Shown piece by piece: positions 1 to 11,901 of a stretch of DNA of 24,988 bases. Source of the DNA: Myxococcota bacterium (GTDB taxonomy: Bacteria > Myxococcota > JACRCW01); NCBI GenBank assembly GCA_040752415.1, contig JBFMGU010000159.1, positions 1 to 24,988 of the forward strand, in the 5' to 3' direction. A model generated the notes under the pieces. It saw nothing but the letters and a program-made list of their open reading frames with translations, made no database searches and was not told where the DNA came from. The position numbers and the translations under genes are program-made. Every line of letters begins with the position of its first letter. Position 1 is the first letter of the stretch.

Positions 1-262
1 GGGCTCCGCCTTGGCGACGGGAAGCCATGTGTTCGCAACCTTCCGCCCGCCCGGAACCCGGGCCTCGCCTTGGGCCCACGCTCCGTGCCGCCACCCAGGT
101 GGAGCCCCGACGCGGCGCAGCGGTGCGGGCGGCAAGCAAGGTCGGGGCTTGGTGCCTTTCCAGACGCGGCTTGAGCCGCCGCGACGTCAAGCGGGACATC
201 AACCGGACATCACCCCCAACCGCTGTGCTCCGTTCCTCCCGGTCACGGCCGCGCCAAAGCGG

Positions 263-291
263 TTGACGCCCTCCCGGACGGCCCCTAGAAG
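263..291 (+). promoter_or_regulatory. putative sigma70 promoter for tRNA-Leu/tig
   Basis: TTGACG (263-268), 17-bp spacer, TAGAAG (286-291), 20 bp upstream of the tRNA. Confidence 0.55.
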
Positions 292-311
292 CCCGCGGGG
301 CAGTCGCATCC

Positions 312-392
312 GCGAGAGTGGCGGAACTGGTAGACGCACCGGTCTTAGAAGCCGGCGGCTTTGCCATGGGGGTTCAAGTCCCCCCTCTCGCA
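312..392 (+). tRNA. tRNA-Leu (anticodon TAG)
   Basis: Acceptor GCGAGAG/CTCTCGC + discriminator A; D-loop AACTGGTAGA; anticodon arm CCGGT-CTTAGAA-GCCGG; long variable arm GGC-TTT-GCC; T arm GGGGG-TTCAAGT-CCCCC; CCA not encoded; typical position upstream of tig. Confidence 0.95.
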
Positions 393-452
393 GCCCATCC
401 ACGGCACGCACCGCCGCAGTTGCCCACCTGGTCGTTCTCGGAGCCAATCGTC

Positions 453-1727
453 ATGCAATCGCAGGTCAATGATGTCTCTCCCGTCGTCAAGCAGCTCAAC
501 GTGGTGGTGGATGGAGCCACCCTCACCCGGGAGCTGGACAAGGCCTACCGCAAGGTGGGGGACAAGGCGCGCATCCCCGGATTCCGTGCCGGCCGGATTC
601 CCCGCCAGGTCCTGGAGCATCACTTCCGTGGCCAGGTGGAGTCGGAGGTCCTGGGCCGCGTGATTGGCGACGCGTACCGGCAGGCCATCCAGGAGCACAA
701 GGTGGAGCCGGTGGCGCAGCCCGAGATCAACGCCGGTGAGTTCGTGCCCGGACAGGACTTCTCCTTCACCGCGCGCGTCGAGGTGAAGCCGCACATCGAC
801 CTCAAGGACTACAAGGGCCTCTCCGCCAAGGCCACCACGCCCTCCGTCGACGACCAGGCCGTGGAAGCCGAGATTGAGCGCCTCCGCCAGCAGGTCTCCA
901 CCATTGCCCCCGTGGAAGGCCGCGACACCGTGCAGGCCCATGACCTGGTCACCACCAACTTCTCAGGCACCGTCGACGGGGAAGGCTTCTCCGGCGGCCA
1001 GGGCAGCGCGTACGTGATCGAGCCGGGCGCCGGCCGCTTCCTCAAGGAGGTGGAGGACGCGCTGGTGGGCAAGAAGGTGGGTGAGAGCTTCGAGGTGGAC
1101 GCCAAGCTCCCCGACACCTTCCGCGCCAAGGAGGTGGCCGGCAAGACCGCGCACTTCAAGGTCACCGTCGCCGAGCTCAAGACCCGCAACATGCCCGCCC
1201 TCGACGACGACTTCGCCAAGGACCTGGGCGACTACGAGGGCCTGGAGGACCTGCGCAAGAAGCTGCGCGAGAGCCTGGAGCAGCGCGCCAAGGAGCAGGC
1301 AGAAGGCCAGACGCGGGAGGAGCTGATGACGCAGCTCATTGAGAAGAACCCGTTCGAGCTGCCTCCCTCCCTCGTGGAGCGCCAGATCGACGCGCAGGTG
1401 TACCGCTCCGTGGGTCGCCTCAACCCGCAGCAGCTGCAGCGCATGGGACTGGACCGCGGCAAGGTCCGTGAGGACATGCGGGAAGGCGCCACCCGCCTGG
1501 TGCGCGGCTCGCTGCTGCTTGAGGCCATTGCCAACGCCGAGAAGCTCGAGGTCAGCGAGACGGACGTCGAGGAGTATTTCGCCAAGACCGCCACGGCCAC
1601 CGGCCAACCGGTGCAGCGGGTGCGCGCCGCGTTCGTGGGGGACCGTCGGGAGGACCTCAAGGTACGGCTCCGCTCCGAGAAGGCCCTGGACTTCCTGGTC
1701 AAGAACGCCAACATCACGCCCGCTTGA
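453..1727 (+). CDS. tig: trigger factor (ribosome-associated chaperone/PPIase), 424 aa
   Basis: Ribosome-binding signature IPGFRAGRIP, central FKBP-like domain, AGKTAHFKVTV and LDDDFAK motifs; start moved to ATG 453 because the track start at 318 lies inside the tRNA; synteny with clpPX-lon. Confidence 0.95.
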   Translation: MQSQVNDVSPVVKQLNVVVDGATLTRELDKAYRKVGDKARIPGFRAGRIPRQVLEHHFRGQVESEVLGRVIGDAYRQAIQEHKVEPVAQPEINAGEFVPGQDFSFTARVEVKPHIDLKDYKGLSAKATTPSVDDQAVEAEIERLRQQVSTIAPVEGRDTVQAHDLVTTNFSGTVDGEGFSGGQGSAYVIEPGAGRFLKEVEDALVGKKVGESFEVDAKLPDTFRAKEVAGKTAHFKVTVAELKTRNMPALDDDFAKDLGDYEGLEDLRKKLRESLEQRAKEQAEGQTREELMTQLIEKNPFELPPSLVERQIDAQVYRSVGRLNPQQLQRMGLDRGKVREDMREGATRLVRGSLLLEAIANAEKLEVSETDVEEYFAKTATATGQPVQRVRAAFVGDRREDLKVRLRSEKALDFLVKNANITPA

Positions 1728-1800
1728 CGTGCATCACGCCACGGCGGCGTTATGGCTGGCCGGACGCTAGACAAGAACGCAGAAAGGAAGCGCCCCTCCC

Positions 1801-2412
1801 ATGACCTACTTCCCACCCACCGTCATTGAACAGACCGCCCGCGGTGAGCGCGCGTATGACATCTGGTCGCGACTCCTCAAGGACCGGATTGTCTTCCTGG
1901 GCCTCCCCATCGACGACGGCATTGCCAACGTGGTGGTGGCCCAGCTGCTGTTCCTGGAGAGCGAGGACCCGGACCGGGACATCACCATCTACATCAACAG
2001 CCCCGGCGGCAGCGTGTCCGCGGGCCTGGCCATCTACGACACCATGCAGTACGTCCGGCCGCCCGTCTCCACGGTGTGCATTGGCCAGGCCGCCAGCATG
2101 GCCGCGGTGCTCCTGGCCTCTGGCACCAAGGGCAAGCGCTACGCGCTCCCCAACAGCCGCGTGATGATCCACCAACCGCTGGGCGGGTTCCGTGGCCAAG
2201 CCAGCGACATCGAAATCCAGGCCCGTGAAATCCTGAAGCTGAAGGACCGGCTCAACGAGATCCTGGCGCACCACAGCGGTCAGCCCATGGACCGCGTCAA
2301 GAAGGACACCGACCGCGACTATTACATGTCCGCGCAGGAGACCAAGGATTACGGCCTGGTGGACCACGTGGTGGAGCGTCGACCGGAGCCTTCTGCCAAG
2401 CCCACCACCTGA
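1801..2412 (+). CDS. clpP: ATP-dependent Clp protease proteolytic subunit
   Basis: [35 protein letters not shown] (Ser), RVMIHQP (His), DRDYYM (Asp). Confidence 0.98.
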   Translation: MTYFPPTVIEQTARGERAYDIWSRLLKDRIVFLGLPIDDGIANVVVAQLLFLESEDPDRDITIYINSPGGSVSAGLAIYDTMQYVRPPVSTVCIGQAASMAAVLLASGTKGKRYALPNSRVMIHQPLGGFRGQASDIEIQAREILKLKDRLNEILAHHSGQPMDRVKKDTDRDYYMSAQETKDYGLVDHVVERRPEPSAKPTT

Positions 2413-2480
2413 GGTGGGAAGCGGCCTCCCTCCGGCCTGGTTGACGAGGGAGGTTCCCCTTGCCAAATCCAGCCTTCACG

Positions 2481-2509
2481 TTGCCCATGCACCGGGGCAT
2501 GGCTATCTT
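2481..2509 (+). promoter_or_regulatory. putative sigma70 promoter upstream of clpX
   Basis: TTGCCC-17 bp-TATCTT; overlapped by the dyad CCATGC-N6-GCATGG; a separate hairpin (CCTCCCTC/GAGGGAGG, ~2416-2458) follows the clpP stop. Confidence 0.35.
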
Positions 2510-2556
2510 TTTCTCGCGTCATCGTCACCGTTGACGCATTCCTGACGAGGTTCTCG

Positions 2557-3816
<1,260 letters not shown>

Positions 3817-3837
3817 CGCCGCCATTTCGGAGTGACC

Positions 3838-6456
3838 ATGTTCTTTGGCTCGGATGACAAGAAGGATCCCAAGGCGCAGGCGCAGGACAGCAAGAAACGC
3901 GTGGTGCCGCTGCTGCCGCTGAGGGACATCATTGTCTTCCCGCACATGGTGGTGCCGCTGTTCGTGGGCCGGCAGAAGTCCATTGCCGCGCTGGAACAGG
4001 CCATGCGGCATGAGAAGGACATCCTCCTCTCCGCACAGAAGCGCGCCAAGACCAATGAGCCCACGCCGGAGGACATCCACACCGTGGGCACGCTGGGCAC
4101 CGTGGTGCAGCTGCTCCGCCTCCCCGACGGCACCGTGAAGGTCCTGGTGGAAGGCAAGCGGCGCGCGAAGATCCAGCGCTTTGTGCCCAATGATGACTTC
4201 TTCCTCGTCGAGGCGGAGGTGCTGGAGGAGGTCAGCGAGCCCACCGTGGAAGTGCAGGCGCTCATGCGCAGCGTGCACTCCACCTTTGAGGCGTACGTCA
4301 AGCTCAACAAGCGCATCCCGCCGGAGATGCTGATGAGCGTGGCGTCCATTGAGGACCCCGCCCGCCTCGCCGACACCATTGCCTCCCACCTGGCCCTGAA
4401 GCCCGCCGACAAGCAGCAGATCCTGGAGCAGCAGAGCGCCGGCAAGCGCCTGGAGCGGCTGTTCGAGCTGATGCAGGGCGAGATTGAGATCATGCAGGTG
4501 CAGAAGAAGATTCGCACCCGCGTGAAGCGTCAGATGGAGAAGACGCAGAAGGAGTACTACCTCAACGAGCAGATGCAGGCCATCCAGAAGGAGCTCGGCG
4601 AGAAGGACGAATTCAAGAACGAGATCCTGGAGCTGGAAGAGAAGCTCAAGAGCAAGAAGCTCACCGCGGAGGCGCTGCAGAAGACCAAGCGCGAAATCAA
4701 GAAGCTCAAGATGATGAGCCCCATGAGCGCCGAGGCCACGGTGGTGCGCAACTACCTGGACTGGATGCTGGCGGTGCCGTGGGAGGAGTTCACCGAGGAC
4801 AAGTTGGACGTGGTGGAGGCGCAGAAGGTCCTCAACGAGGATCACTACGGCCTCAAGCTCATCAAGCAGCGCATCCTCGAGTACCTGGCCGTGCAGAAGC
4901 TGGTGGGCGGCATGCGTGGGCCCATCCTCTGCTTCGTGGGGCCGCCGGGCGTGGGCAAGACCTCGCTGGCGCGTTCCATTGCGCGTGCCACGGGTCGCAA
5001 GTTCGTCCGCATCTCCCTGGGCGGCGTGCGCGACGAGGCGGAGATTCGCGGGCATCGTCGCACGTACATCGGGGCGATGCCGGGCAAGCTCATCCAGGCG
5101 CTGCGCAAGGGCGGCAGCAGCAATCCCGTCATCCTCCTGGACGAGATTGACAAGATGAGCCAGGACTTCCGCGGCGACCCGGCGAGCGCGCTGCTGGAGG
5201 TGCTGGACCCCGAGCAGAACAGCGTCTTCAACGACCACTATCTCGACGTGGACTACGACCTCTCCAAGGTCATGTTCATCTGCACCGCCAACACGCTCTC
5301 CGGCATCCCCGTGCCGCTGCAGGACCGCCTGGAGATCATCCGTCTGGCTGGCTACACGGAGCCGGAGAAGGTGGCCATTGCCAAGCGCTACCTCATCCCC
5401 AAGCAGAAGGAGATGAACGGGCTCAAGGACGTGGCGGTCTCCTTCAAGGAGGACGCGCTGCTGCACGTGCTGCACGCGTACACGCGTGAGGCCGGCGTCC
5501 GGAACCTGGAGCGAGAGCTGGCCACGTGCATGCGCAAGGTGGCCAAGAACATCGTCAAGGAAGCGGAGGAGAAGGCGGCCACCACGCTCGCCGAGAACGC
5601 GGCCAAGACGCCGGCGCAGGAACAGGCCGTCCCGCTGCCCGGTGGCGACGGGGCACCCGCCACGGTGCAGGCGCGCAAGCTGGACATCGACCTCAAGACC
5701 ATCGGGCCGGTGGAGATTGACCGGAAGATGGTGCGGAGGTTCCTGGGTGTGCGTCGGTTCCGTCCGGCGAAGAAGGAGCGCACCAACCAGATTGGGCTCA
5801 CCACGGGTCTGGCCTGGACGCAGGTGGGCGGTGAGATGCTCACCACCGAGTGCACCATCATGCCCGGCAAGGGGAAGCTCATCATCACCGGCAAGCTGGG
5901 CGACGTGATGCAGGAGTCCGCTCAGGCCGCCATGAGCTACGTGCGCTCCCGCGCCGACAGCCTGGGTCTCCCGCGCGACTTCTACAACAACATCGACGTG
6001 CACCTGCACGTGCCGGAAGGCGCCACCCCCAAGGACGGCCCCTCCGCCGGCATCACGCTGACGACGTCGCTGGTGAGCGCGCTGACCAAGATCCCCGTGC
6101 GCGCCGACGTGGCGATGACGGGCGAGATCACGCTGCGCGGTCGCGTGCTGCCGATTGGCGGGCTGAAGGAGAAGGCGCTGGCGGCCTACCGCGGTGGCAT
6201 CCGCACGCTGGTCATTCCCAAGGACAACGCCAAGGACCTCGTCGACATCCCGAAGGCGGTGCGCGGGAAGATGACCATCCACCCCGTGGAGCACATGGAC
6301 GAGGTGCTGAAGCTGGCCCTGGCGCTGGAGGACCCGGAGCGGTTCTTCGAGCAGCTCACGCGCAAGGAGCAGCCGAATCCGCAGCCCGTGGCCCCTGCCC
6401 CCGCCGCGGCAGTGCCCGCCACGCCGCCCGTCACCACGCCGGAAACCGCGCACTGA
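3838..6456 (+). CDS. lon: Lon (LonA) ATP-dependent protease, LonV-like, 872 aa
   Basis: N-domain [12 protein letters not shown], Walker [28 protein letters not shown], catalytic PKDGPSAG (Ser) and GGLKEK (Lys); ATG 3838 preferred over GTG 3832 from GGAG RBS spacing. Confidence 0.98.
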   Translation: MFFGSDDKKDPKAQAQDSKKRVVPLLPLRDIIVFPHMVVPLFVGRQKSIAALEQAMRHEKDILLSAQKRAKTNEPTPEDIHTVGTLGTVVQLLRLPDGTVKVLVEGKRRAKIQRFVPNDDFFLVEAEVLEEVSEPTVEVQALMRSVHSTFEAYVKLNKRIPPEMLMSVASIEDPARLADTIASHLALKPADKQQILEQQSAGKRLERLFELMQGEIEIMQVQKKIRTRVKRQMEKTQKEYYLNEQMQAIQKELGEKDEFKNEILELEEKLKSKKLTAEALQKTKREIKKLKMMSPMSAEATVVRNYLDWMLAVPWEEFTEDKLDVVEAQKVLNEDHYGLKLIKQRILEYLAVQKLVGGMRGPILCFVGPPGVGKTSLARSIARATGRKFVRISLGGVRDEAEIRGHRRTYIGAMPGKLIQALRKGGSSNPVILLDEIDKMSQDFRGDPASALLEVLDPEQNSVFNDHYLDVDYDLSKVMFICTANTLSGIPVPLQDRLEIIRLAGYTEPEKVAIAKRYLIPKQKEMNGLKDVAVSFKEDALLHVLHAYTREAGVRNLERELATCMRKVAKNIVKEAEEKAATTLAENAAKTPAQEQAVPLPGGDGAPATVQARKLDIDLKTIGPVEIDRKMVRRFLGVRRFRPAKKERTNQIGLTTGLAWTQVGGEMLTTECTIMPGKGKLIITGKLGDVMQESAQAAMSYVRSRADSLGLPRDFYNNIDVHLHVPEGATPKDGPSAGITLTTSLVSALTKIPVRADVAMTGEITLRGRVLPIGGLKEKALAAYRGGIRTLVIPKDNAKDLVDIPKAVRGKMTIHPVEHMDEVLKLALALEDPERFFEQLTRKEQPNPQPVAPAPAAAVPATPPVTTPETAH

Positions 6457-6561
6457 CGCTGGTTCCAAGCACCGTGGCGCGGACCTGCGTGTCCGTGGCG
6501 GTGCCATCACCCCCAGCGTGACGTTTGCCGGCCTCGTCGAGCACGTGGTGTAGTGCGCGCC

Positions 6562-8109
6562 ATGTCGGCCACCGACGAGCGCGTCGCGACGGCGCGGGAC
6601 GGGGTTGTCCTCGTCGTGGGCGCGGTGCTTGCGCTGGCTGCCGCGTGGCCCATCCTCCAGAACCGCTACCTGCCCATGGTGGACCTGCCGCAGCACGGCG
6701 CCCAGGTGGCGCTGTGGCTCGCGCACGGCCACGACCCCGACGTCACCGCCCTGTACGAGATCCGCCTGGACTCACCGTACGTGGCCACCTACGTGCTCTG
6801 GCGCGCGCTCACGTTGCTGGGACTCGACGTGGTCGACGCGGGGCGCGCCGTCGTCATCCTGGCCATGCTGGGCATCCCGTTGGCGCTGGCGGTGCTGCTG
6901 CGCGTGCGTCGACGACCGGTGTGGCTGGCGCTGTTTGCGTTCCCCGTCCTCTACAACCACGCGCTCGCCTACGGCTTCCTGCCGTTCTACGTCGCCACGC
7001 CGCTGGTGATCGCCGGGGTGGCCGCGCACTGCTGGTGGCTGCAACGGCCCAACGCAACGCGCTGGTTGTTCGCAACTCTGGTCGGCGTCGTGTTGCTGGC
7101 GTGTCATGGCCTCGCGGTGGGCGTGTGGGGGCTGGCGTGTGGCGTGGTTTCGTTGGCGGAGCGGGAGCCGTGGCGTCGACGGGTGATGGGGCTCTCCCCG
7201 CTCCTTCCCTCGGGGCTGATGGTGCTGTGGTGGACCTGGCGCGCCCTGCTCTCCGGTGAACATCGCCCGGGCGAGACGGTGTTTGGTCCTTCTCCCTGGG
7301 AGCGCGTGGGCTGGTTTGGCCACTACCTCTTCGGCGGTTTCACCCCCGACGCCGAGGAGACCGCCTTCCCCGTGCTGCTCATTGCGCTCGTGACCGCGGT
7401 GGTGGGTCTGGGTGGCGCCGCACGACGAGACGGCTGGCGGAGTACGGCGCGCAGCCTCGACGTGGGATTGACCGCCGCGGGGCTGGTCTCCCTGCTGCTC
7501 TACTTCTCCGTGCCCAATGACATCTCCACCGTGGTGCGCTGGGGTTTCGGGCGCATCGCCACGTTCGCGTTCCTGTTTCTCGTCGCCGGCGTGGCGCCGG
7601 TCCCGCGCAGGCTGGCCGCCGCGTTGGGCGGGTTGGTGGTGGCCGTGGCGTTGATGGCGTCCTGGCAGGTGCGCGCCGACTTTGCGTCCTTCACACGCCG
7701 GCTGGGCGACCTGGACGCGCTCGTGGCCGCCGTGCCGCCCAAGCGGAGCATCATCTGGCCGGGTCGGGCGGAGCCCAAGATGACGCCGTTCACGTGGCCG
7801 GTGCTCGAGCATTTTCCCGCGTACGTGCAGCAGCGGAACCTGGGCTTCACCTACACGTTCGTGGGCACGCCCCACCTGGTGGTGCACTGGCGTCCCGACG
7901 TGGAGAAGCGGTTCTACGACGGCGCCATCACGCTGTGGCAAGGCATGCCCGCGTTCGAACGCGCGGGGCCGCTGCCGGACTACTTCATGCTGTACTCCGA
8001 GGTTGATCCGCCGCGCGTGTTCCCCGTGGTGGGGGGCGGAGGGGTGTACCAGCACGCGTTCCGCACCGGCGGCATGCACCTGTACCAGCGCGCCCACGTG
8101 GTGAACTGA
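6562..8109 (+). CDS. polytopic membrane protein, possible GT-C-fold glycosyltransferase
   Basis: About 10-12 hydrophobic segments followed by a ~140-aa soluble C-terminal region; first loop carries LPMVDLPQH; GC3-rich codon usage; start may be GTG 6553. Confidence 0.6.
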   Translation: MSATDERVATARDGVVLVVGAVLALAAAWPILQNRYLPMVDLPQHGAQVALWLAHGHDPDVTALYEIRLDSPYVATYVLWRALTLLGLDVVDAGRAVVILAMLGIPLALAVLLRVRRRPVWLALFAFPVLYNHALAYGFLPFYVATPLVIAGVAAHCWWLQRPNATRWLFATLVGVVLLACHGLAVGVWGLACGVVSLAEREPWRRRVMGLSPLLPSGLMVLWWTWRALLSGEHRPGETVFGPSPWERVGWFGHYLFGGFTPDAEETAFPVLLIALVTAVVGLGGAARRDGWRSTARSLDVGLTAAGLVSLLLYFSVPNDISTVVRWGFGRIATFAFLFLVAGVAPVPRRLAAALGGLVVAVALMASWQVRADFASFTRRLGDLDALVAAVPPKRSIIWPGRAEPKMTPFTWPVLEHFPAYVQQRNLGFTYTFVGTPHLVVHWRPDVEKRFYDGAITLWQGMPAFERAGPLPDYFMLYSEVDPPRVFPVVGGGGVYQHAFRTGGMHLYQRAHVVN

Positions 8110-8127
8110 GCACCGCGCCTTGCGGCC

Positions 8128-8165
8128 TGTTTCACCGTGGTGCAACATGTTGCACCGGTGTTGCA
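8128..8165. promoter_or_regulatory. TG(A/C)AAC site cluster upstream of the EBP gene (probable autoregulatory operator)
   Basis: TGTTTCA 8128, perfect palindrome TGCAACATGTTGCA 8141-8154, TGTTGCA 8159; a further copy at 8200 overlaps the RBS/start. Confidence 0.6.
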
Positions 8166-8205
8166 CCCGACTGCCCCAGCGGCAGCGCAAGCGGTGAGGT
8201 GTTGC

Positions 8206-9543
<1,338 letters not shown>

Positions 9544-9546
<3 letters not shown>

Positions 9547-9581
9547 AACCCGGCGAAACATTGGTGAAACGCGGGTGCAAC
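9544..9581 (+). promoter_or_regulatory. putative enhancer (UAS) array for the yeeE-pdo-rhodanese operon
   Basis: TGAAAC 9544, CGAAAC 9554, TGAAAC 9565, TGCAAC 9576 (spacing 10, 11, 11 bp). Confidence 0.65.
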
Positions 9582-9643
9582 GCGTTCTGTTGCTCCTCCC
9601 GCCGCTCCCGCTGCGCGAAACATCTGCTTCACCCGCGCGACGT

Positions 9644-9659
9644 TGGCACGCTCCCTGCC
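9644..9659 (+). promoter_or_regulatory. sigma54 -24/-12 promoter
   Basis: TGGCACGCTCCCTGCC, exact GG-N10-GC spacing, 26 bp before ATG 9686. Confidence 0.8.
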
Positions 9660-9685
9660 TTGGAGACCGGGCAAGGAGCTCACAG

Positions 9686-10111
9686 ATGGAGAACTTCACG
9701 CCGGTTCCCGCCCTCGTCGGCGGGCTGTTGATTGGCTTGTCTTCGAGCCTGATCCTGGTGGCGCACGGCAAGGTCACCGGCATCAGCGGGTTTGTTGGCG
9801 GATTGCTGCAGAAGTGCACCACGGACCGTGCCTTCCGCGCTTTCTTCCTTGGCGGGTTGCTCGTGGCGGGCGCGGGCGCGGTGGTGCTGGCTCCCCACGC
9901 ACTTGGGCAGCCGGTGGCCTCGCTTCCCATGACCGCGGCGGCGGGCCTCCTCGTCGGGTTTGGCACCCGGCTGGGAAATGGCTGCACCAGCGGCCACGGC
10001 GTGTGCGGCATCAGTCGCCAGAGCACGCGCTCCGTCCTGGCCACCATCACGTTCATGGTCACCGGCGGCATCACCGTGTTCGTCGTCCGGCACCTGGTTG
10101 GAGGTTTCTGA
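9686..10111 (+). CDS. YeeE/YedE family sulfur-transport membrane protein (PmpA/PmpB-type pair, first subunit), 141 aa
   Basis: GGLLIG...GKVTGISG and GFGTRLGNGCTSGHGVCG motifs; AAGGAG RBS. Confidence 0.9.
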   Translation: MENFTPVPALVGGLLIGLSSSLILVAHGKVTGISGFVGGLLQKCTTDRAFRAFFLGGLLVAGAGAVVLAPHALGQPVASLPMTAAAGLLVGFGTRLGNGCTSGHGVCGISRQSTRSVLATITFMVTGGITVFVVRHLVGGF

Positions 10112-10599
10112 TGAAGTCGCATGTCACGGCATTTGCCGGCGGGTTGTTGTTTGGTGTTGGGCTGCTGGTCTCCGGCATGACCGAGCCCGCCAAGGTGACC
10201 GGGTTCCTCGACGTCAGCGGCGCCTGGGATCCCAGTCTGGCGCTGGTGATGCTCGGCGCCATTGGCGTGCACGCGGTGGCCTACCGTCTCATCCGACGGC
10301 GCCCTGCCCCGCTGTTCGAGAGCACGTTCCACGTTCCCACGCGCAAGGATGTCGACGGGAAACTGCTGGCGGGCGCCGCCATCTTCGGCGTGGGCTGGGG
10401 GCTGGCCGGCTACTGCCCGGGCCCGGGACTCACCAGCCTGGCCGGCGGCAGCGCAACATCCGCGGTCTTCGTGGCGACGATGGTGGCCGGAATGCTGCTC
10501 CAGCACCTGACCCAATACGTCCTCAACCACCCGAGCAGGAACGGTGGCCCGGAGAGCAACCGGAGCATTCCCGTCGCCAACCCCGGCCTCGCGCGTTGA
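10111..10599 (+). CDS. YeeE/YedE-related membrane protein (second subunit of the pair), 162 aa
   Basis: GLLFGVGLLVSGM.EPAKV.GFLD..GAWDPSL and IFGVGWGLAGYCPGP; TGATG overlap with the upstream gene indicates translational coupling. Confidence 0.9.
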   Translation: MKSHVTAFAGGLLFGVGLLVSGMTEPAKVTGFLDVSGAWDPSLALVMLGAIGVHAVAYRLIRRRPAPLFESTFHVPTRKDVDGKLLAGAAIFGVGWGLAGYCPGPGLTSLAGGSATSAVFVATMVAGMLLQHLTQYVLNHPSRNGGPESNRSIPVANPGLAR

Positions 10600-10624
10600 A
10601 ACGTTTCACACCACGGAGGAAGTC

Positions 10625-11320
10625 ATGTTGTTCCGACAACTCTTCGACCAGGAAAGCTCAACCTACACCTACCTGCTGGCGGACCCGACCACGCACGAGG
10701 CCGTCCTCATCGACCCCGTGCGTGAGCAGGTGGAGCGCGACCTGCGTCTCATCCGCGAGCTGGGCCTGACCCTCAAGTACGTCCTGGAGACGCACGTGCA
10801 CGCGGACCACGTCACCGCGGCGGGCCTGTTGCGGGAGCAGACCGGCGCCCTCACGGTGGCCAGCGAGGTGGGAGCGCCCTGCGTGGACCTCAAGCTGCGC
10901 CACGGCGACGTGCTGCGCGTGGGGAACGTGGCCATCACCGCGCTGGCCACACCCGGCCACACCGACGACGGGATGAGCTTCCACGTGAATGGCATGGTGT
11001 TCACCGGGGACACGCTGCTGGTGCGCGGCTGCGGCCGCAGCGATTTCCAGAACGGAAACCCCTACCAGCTCCATGACTCCATCACGCGCGTGCTGTTCGC
11101 ACTTCCCGACGACACCGTGGTCTACCCCGGCCACGACTACAAGGGCTTCACCAGCACCTCCATCCGCGAGGAGAAGCTGTTCAACCCGCGTGTGGCAGCG
11201 AAGACGCGCGACGAGTTCGTGGCCATCATGAACGGGCTGGGACTTCCGCCGCCCAGGAAGCTGCGCGAAGCCGTGCCCGCCAACCGCGCCTGCGGCATGG
11301 CCGCTGCGCCCGCGGCGTGA
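10625..11320 (+). CDS. persulfide dioxygenase, type I / ETHE1-like (MBL fold), 231 aa
   Basis: MLFRQLFD.ESSTYTYLLAD, ETHVHADH, TPGHT, FTGDTLLVRGCGRSDFQNG, VYPGHDYKG, C-terminal PANRACG; GGAGG RBS. Confidence 0.9.
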   Translation: MLFRQLFDQESSTYTYLLADPTTHEAVLIDPVREQVERDLRLIRELGLTLKYVLETHVHADHVTAAGLLREQTGALTVASEVGAPCVDLKLRHGDVLRVGNVAITALATPGHTDDGMSFHVNGMVFTGDTLLVRGCGRSDFQNGNPYQLHDSITRVLFALPDDTVVYPGHDYKGFTSTSIREEKLFNPRVAAKTRDEFVAIMNGLGLPPPRKLREAVPANRACGMAAAPAA

Positions 11321-11332
11321 CCGGAGGAGAAC

Positions 11333-11686
11333 ATGCAAACAGGTTTCTACGGTTCGGCGGCCCCCAACGCGCGCGGCTTTCGCGACGTCACGGTCCAGCA
11401 GGTGCATGACATGAAGGGCCGCGTGCGCGTGGTGGACGTGCGCGAGACCGCCGAGCTCCACGGCGAGCTGGGCCACATTGAGGGCGTGGAGCACGTACCG
11501 CTGTCCACGGTGGTTGCCGCGGCGGCGCCCTGGCCGCGCCACGAGGAGGTGGTGGTGGTGTGTCGCTCCGGAGGTCGCAGCGGGAACGCGGCGGCGGCGC
11601 TGGTAGCCATGGGGTTCACCAGGGTGATGAACATGGTGGGAGGCATGCTGGCGTGGAACGCCGCGGGCCTGCCCGTCGCGCGCTGA
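11333..11686 (+). CDS. single-domain rhodanese (sulfurtransferase)
   Basis: VVDVRE, GHIEG, active-site loop CRSGGRS, GGMLAW. Confidence 0.92.
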   Translation: MQTGFYGSAAPNARGFRDVTVQQVHDMKGRVRVVDVRETAELHGELGHIEGVEHVPLSTVVAAAAPWPRHEEVVVVCRSGGRSGNAAAALVAMGFTRVMNMVGGMLAWNAAGLPVAR

Positions 11687-11707
11687 ACCAGACCATCGTC
11701 GGCAACA

Positions 11708-11756
11708 CGCTCGCCCGCTTCCCCCGGCACCGTTGTCGGGAGGAGGCGGGCGGGTG
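11708..11756 (+). terminator. GC-rich hairpin ending the yeeE-pdo-rhodanese unit
   Basis: CTCGCCCGCTTCC-CCCGGCA / TGTCGGG-A-GGAGGCGGGCGGG stem with G-U pairs; only a weak T tail. Confidence 0.55.
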
Positions 11757-11770
11757 CGTTATTGCGTCAC

Positions 11771-11807
11771 TGAGACGGCGTGAAACACACAGTGCAACAC
11801 GTGAAAC
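11771..11807 (+). promoter_or_regulatory. putative enhancer (UAS) array for tauE-like gene
   Basis: TGAGAC 11771, TGAAAC 11781, TGCAAC 11793, TGAAAC 11802. Confidence 0.65.
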
Positions 11808-11850
11808 ACGCGGGTGATTCAGCCAGCACCAGGTTCATGGCGGTGGGGGG

Positions 11851-11866
11851 TGGCACAACGGGTGCA
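11851..11866 (+). promoter_or_regulatory. sigma54 -24/-12 promoter
   Basis: TGGCACAACGGGTGCA, exact GG-N10-GC spacing, 35 bp before ATG 11902. Confidence 0.8.
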
Positions 11867-11901
11867 GTTCCTCGTCGGGAAGAACTCGACGGAGGAAACC
11901 G

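Noticed and set aside
1..300. Short ORFs upstream of tRNA-Leu, and a possible minus-strand start at 29 running off the window
   Set aside because: Arg/Pro/Gly-rich with no recognisable motif; the edge ORF is too short to judge
318..452. 45-codon N-terminal extension of tig in the ORF track
   Set aside because: Runs through the tRNA-Leu gene; tig homology begins at ATG 453
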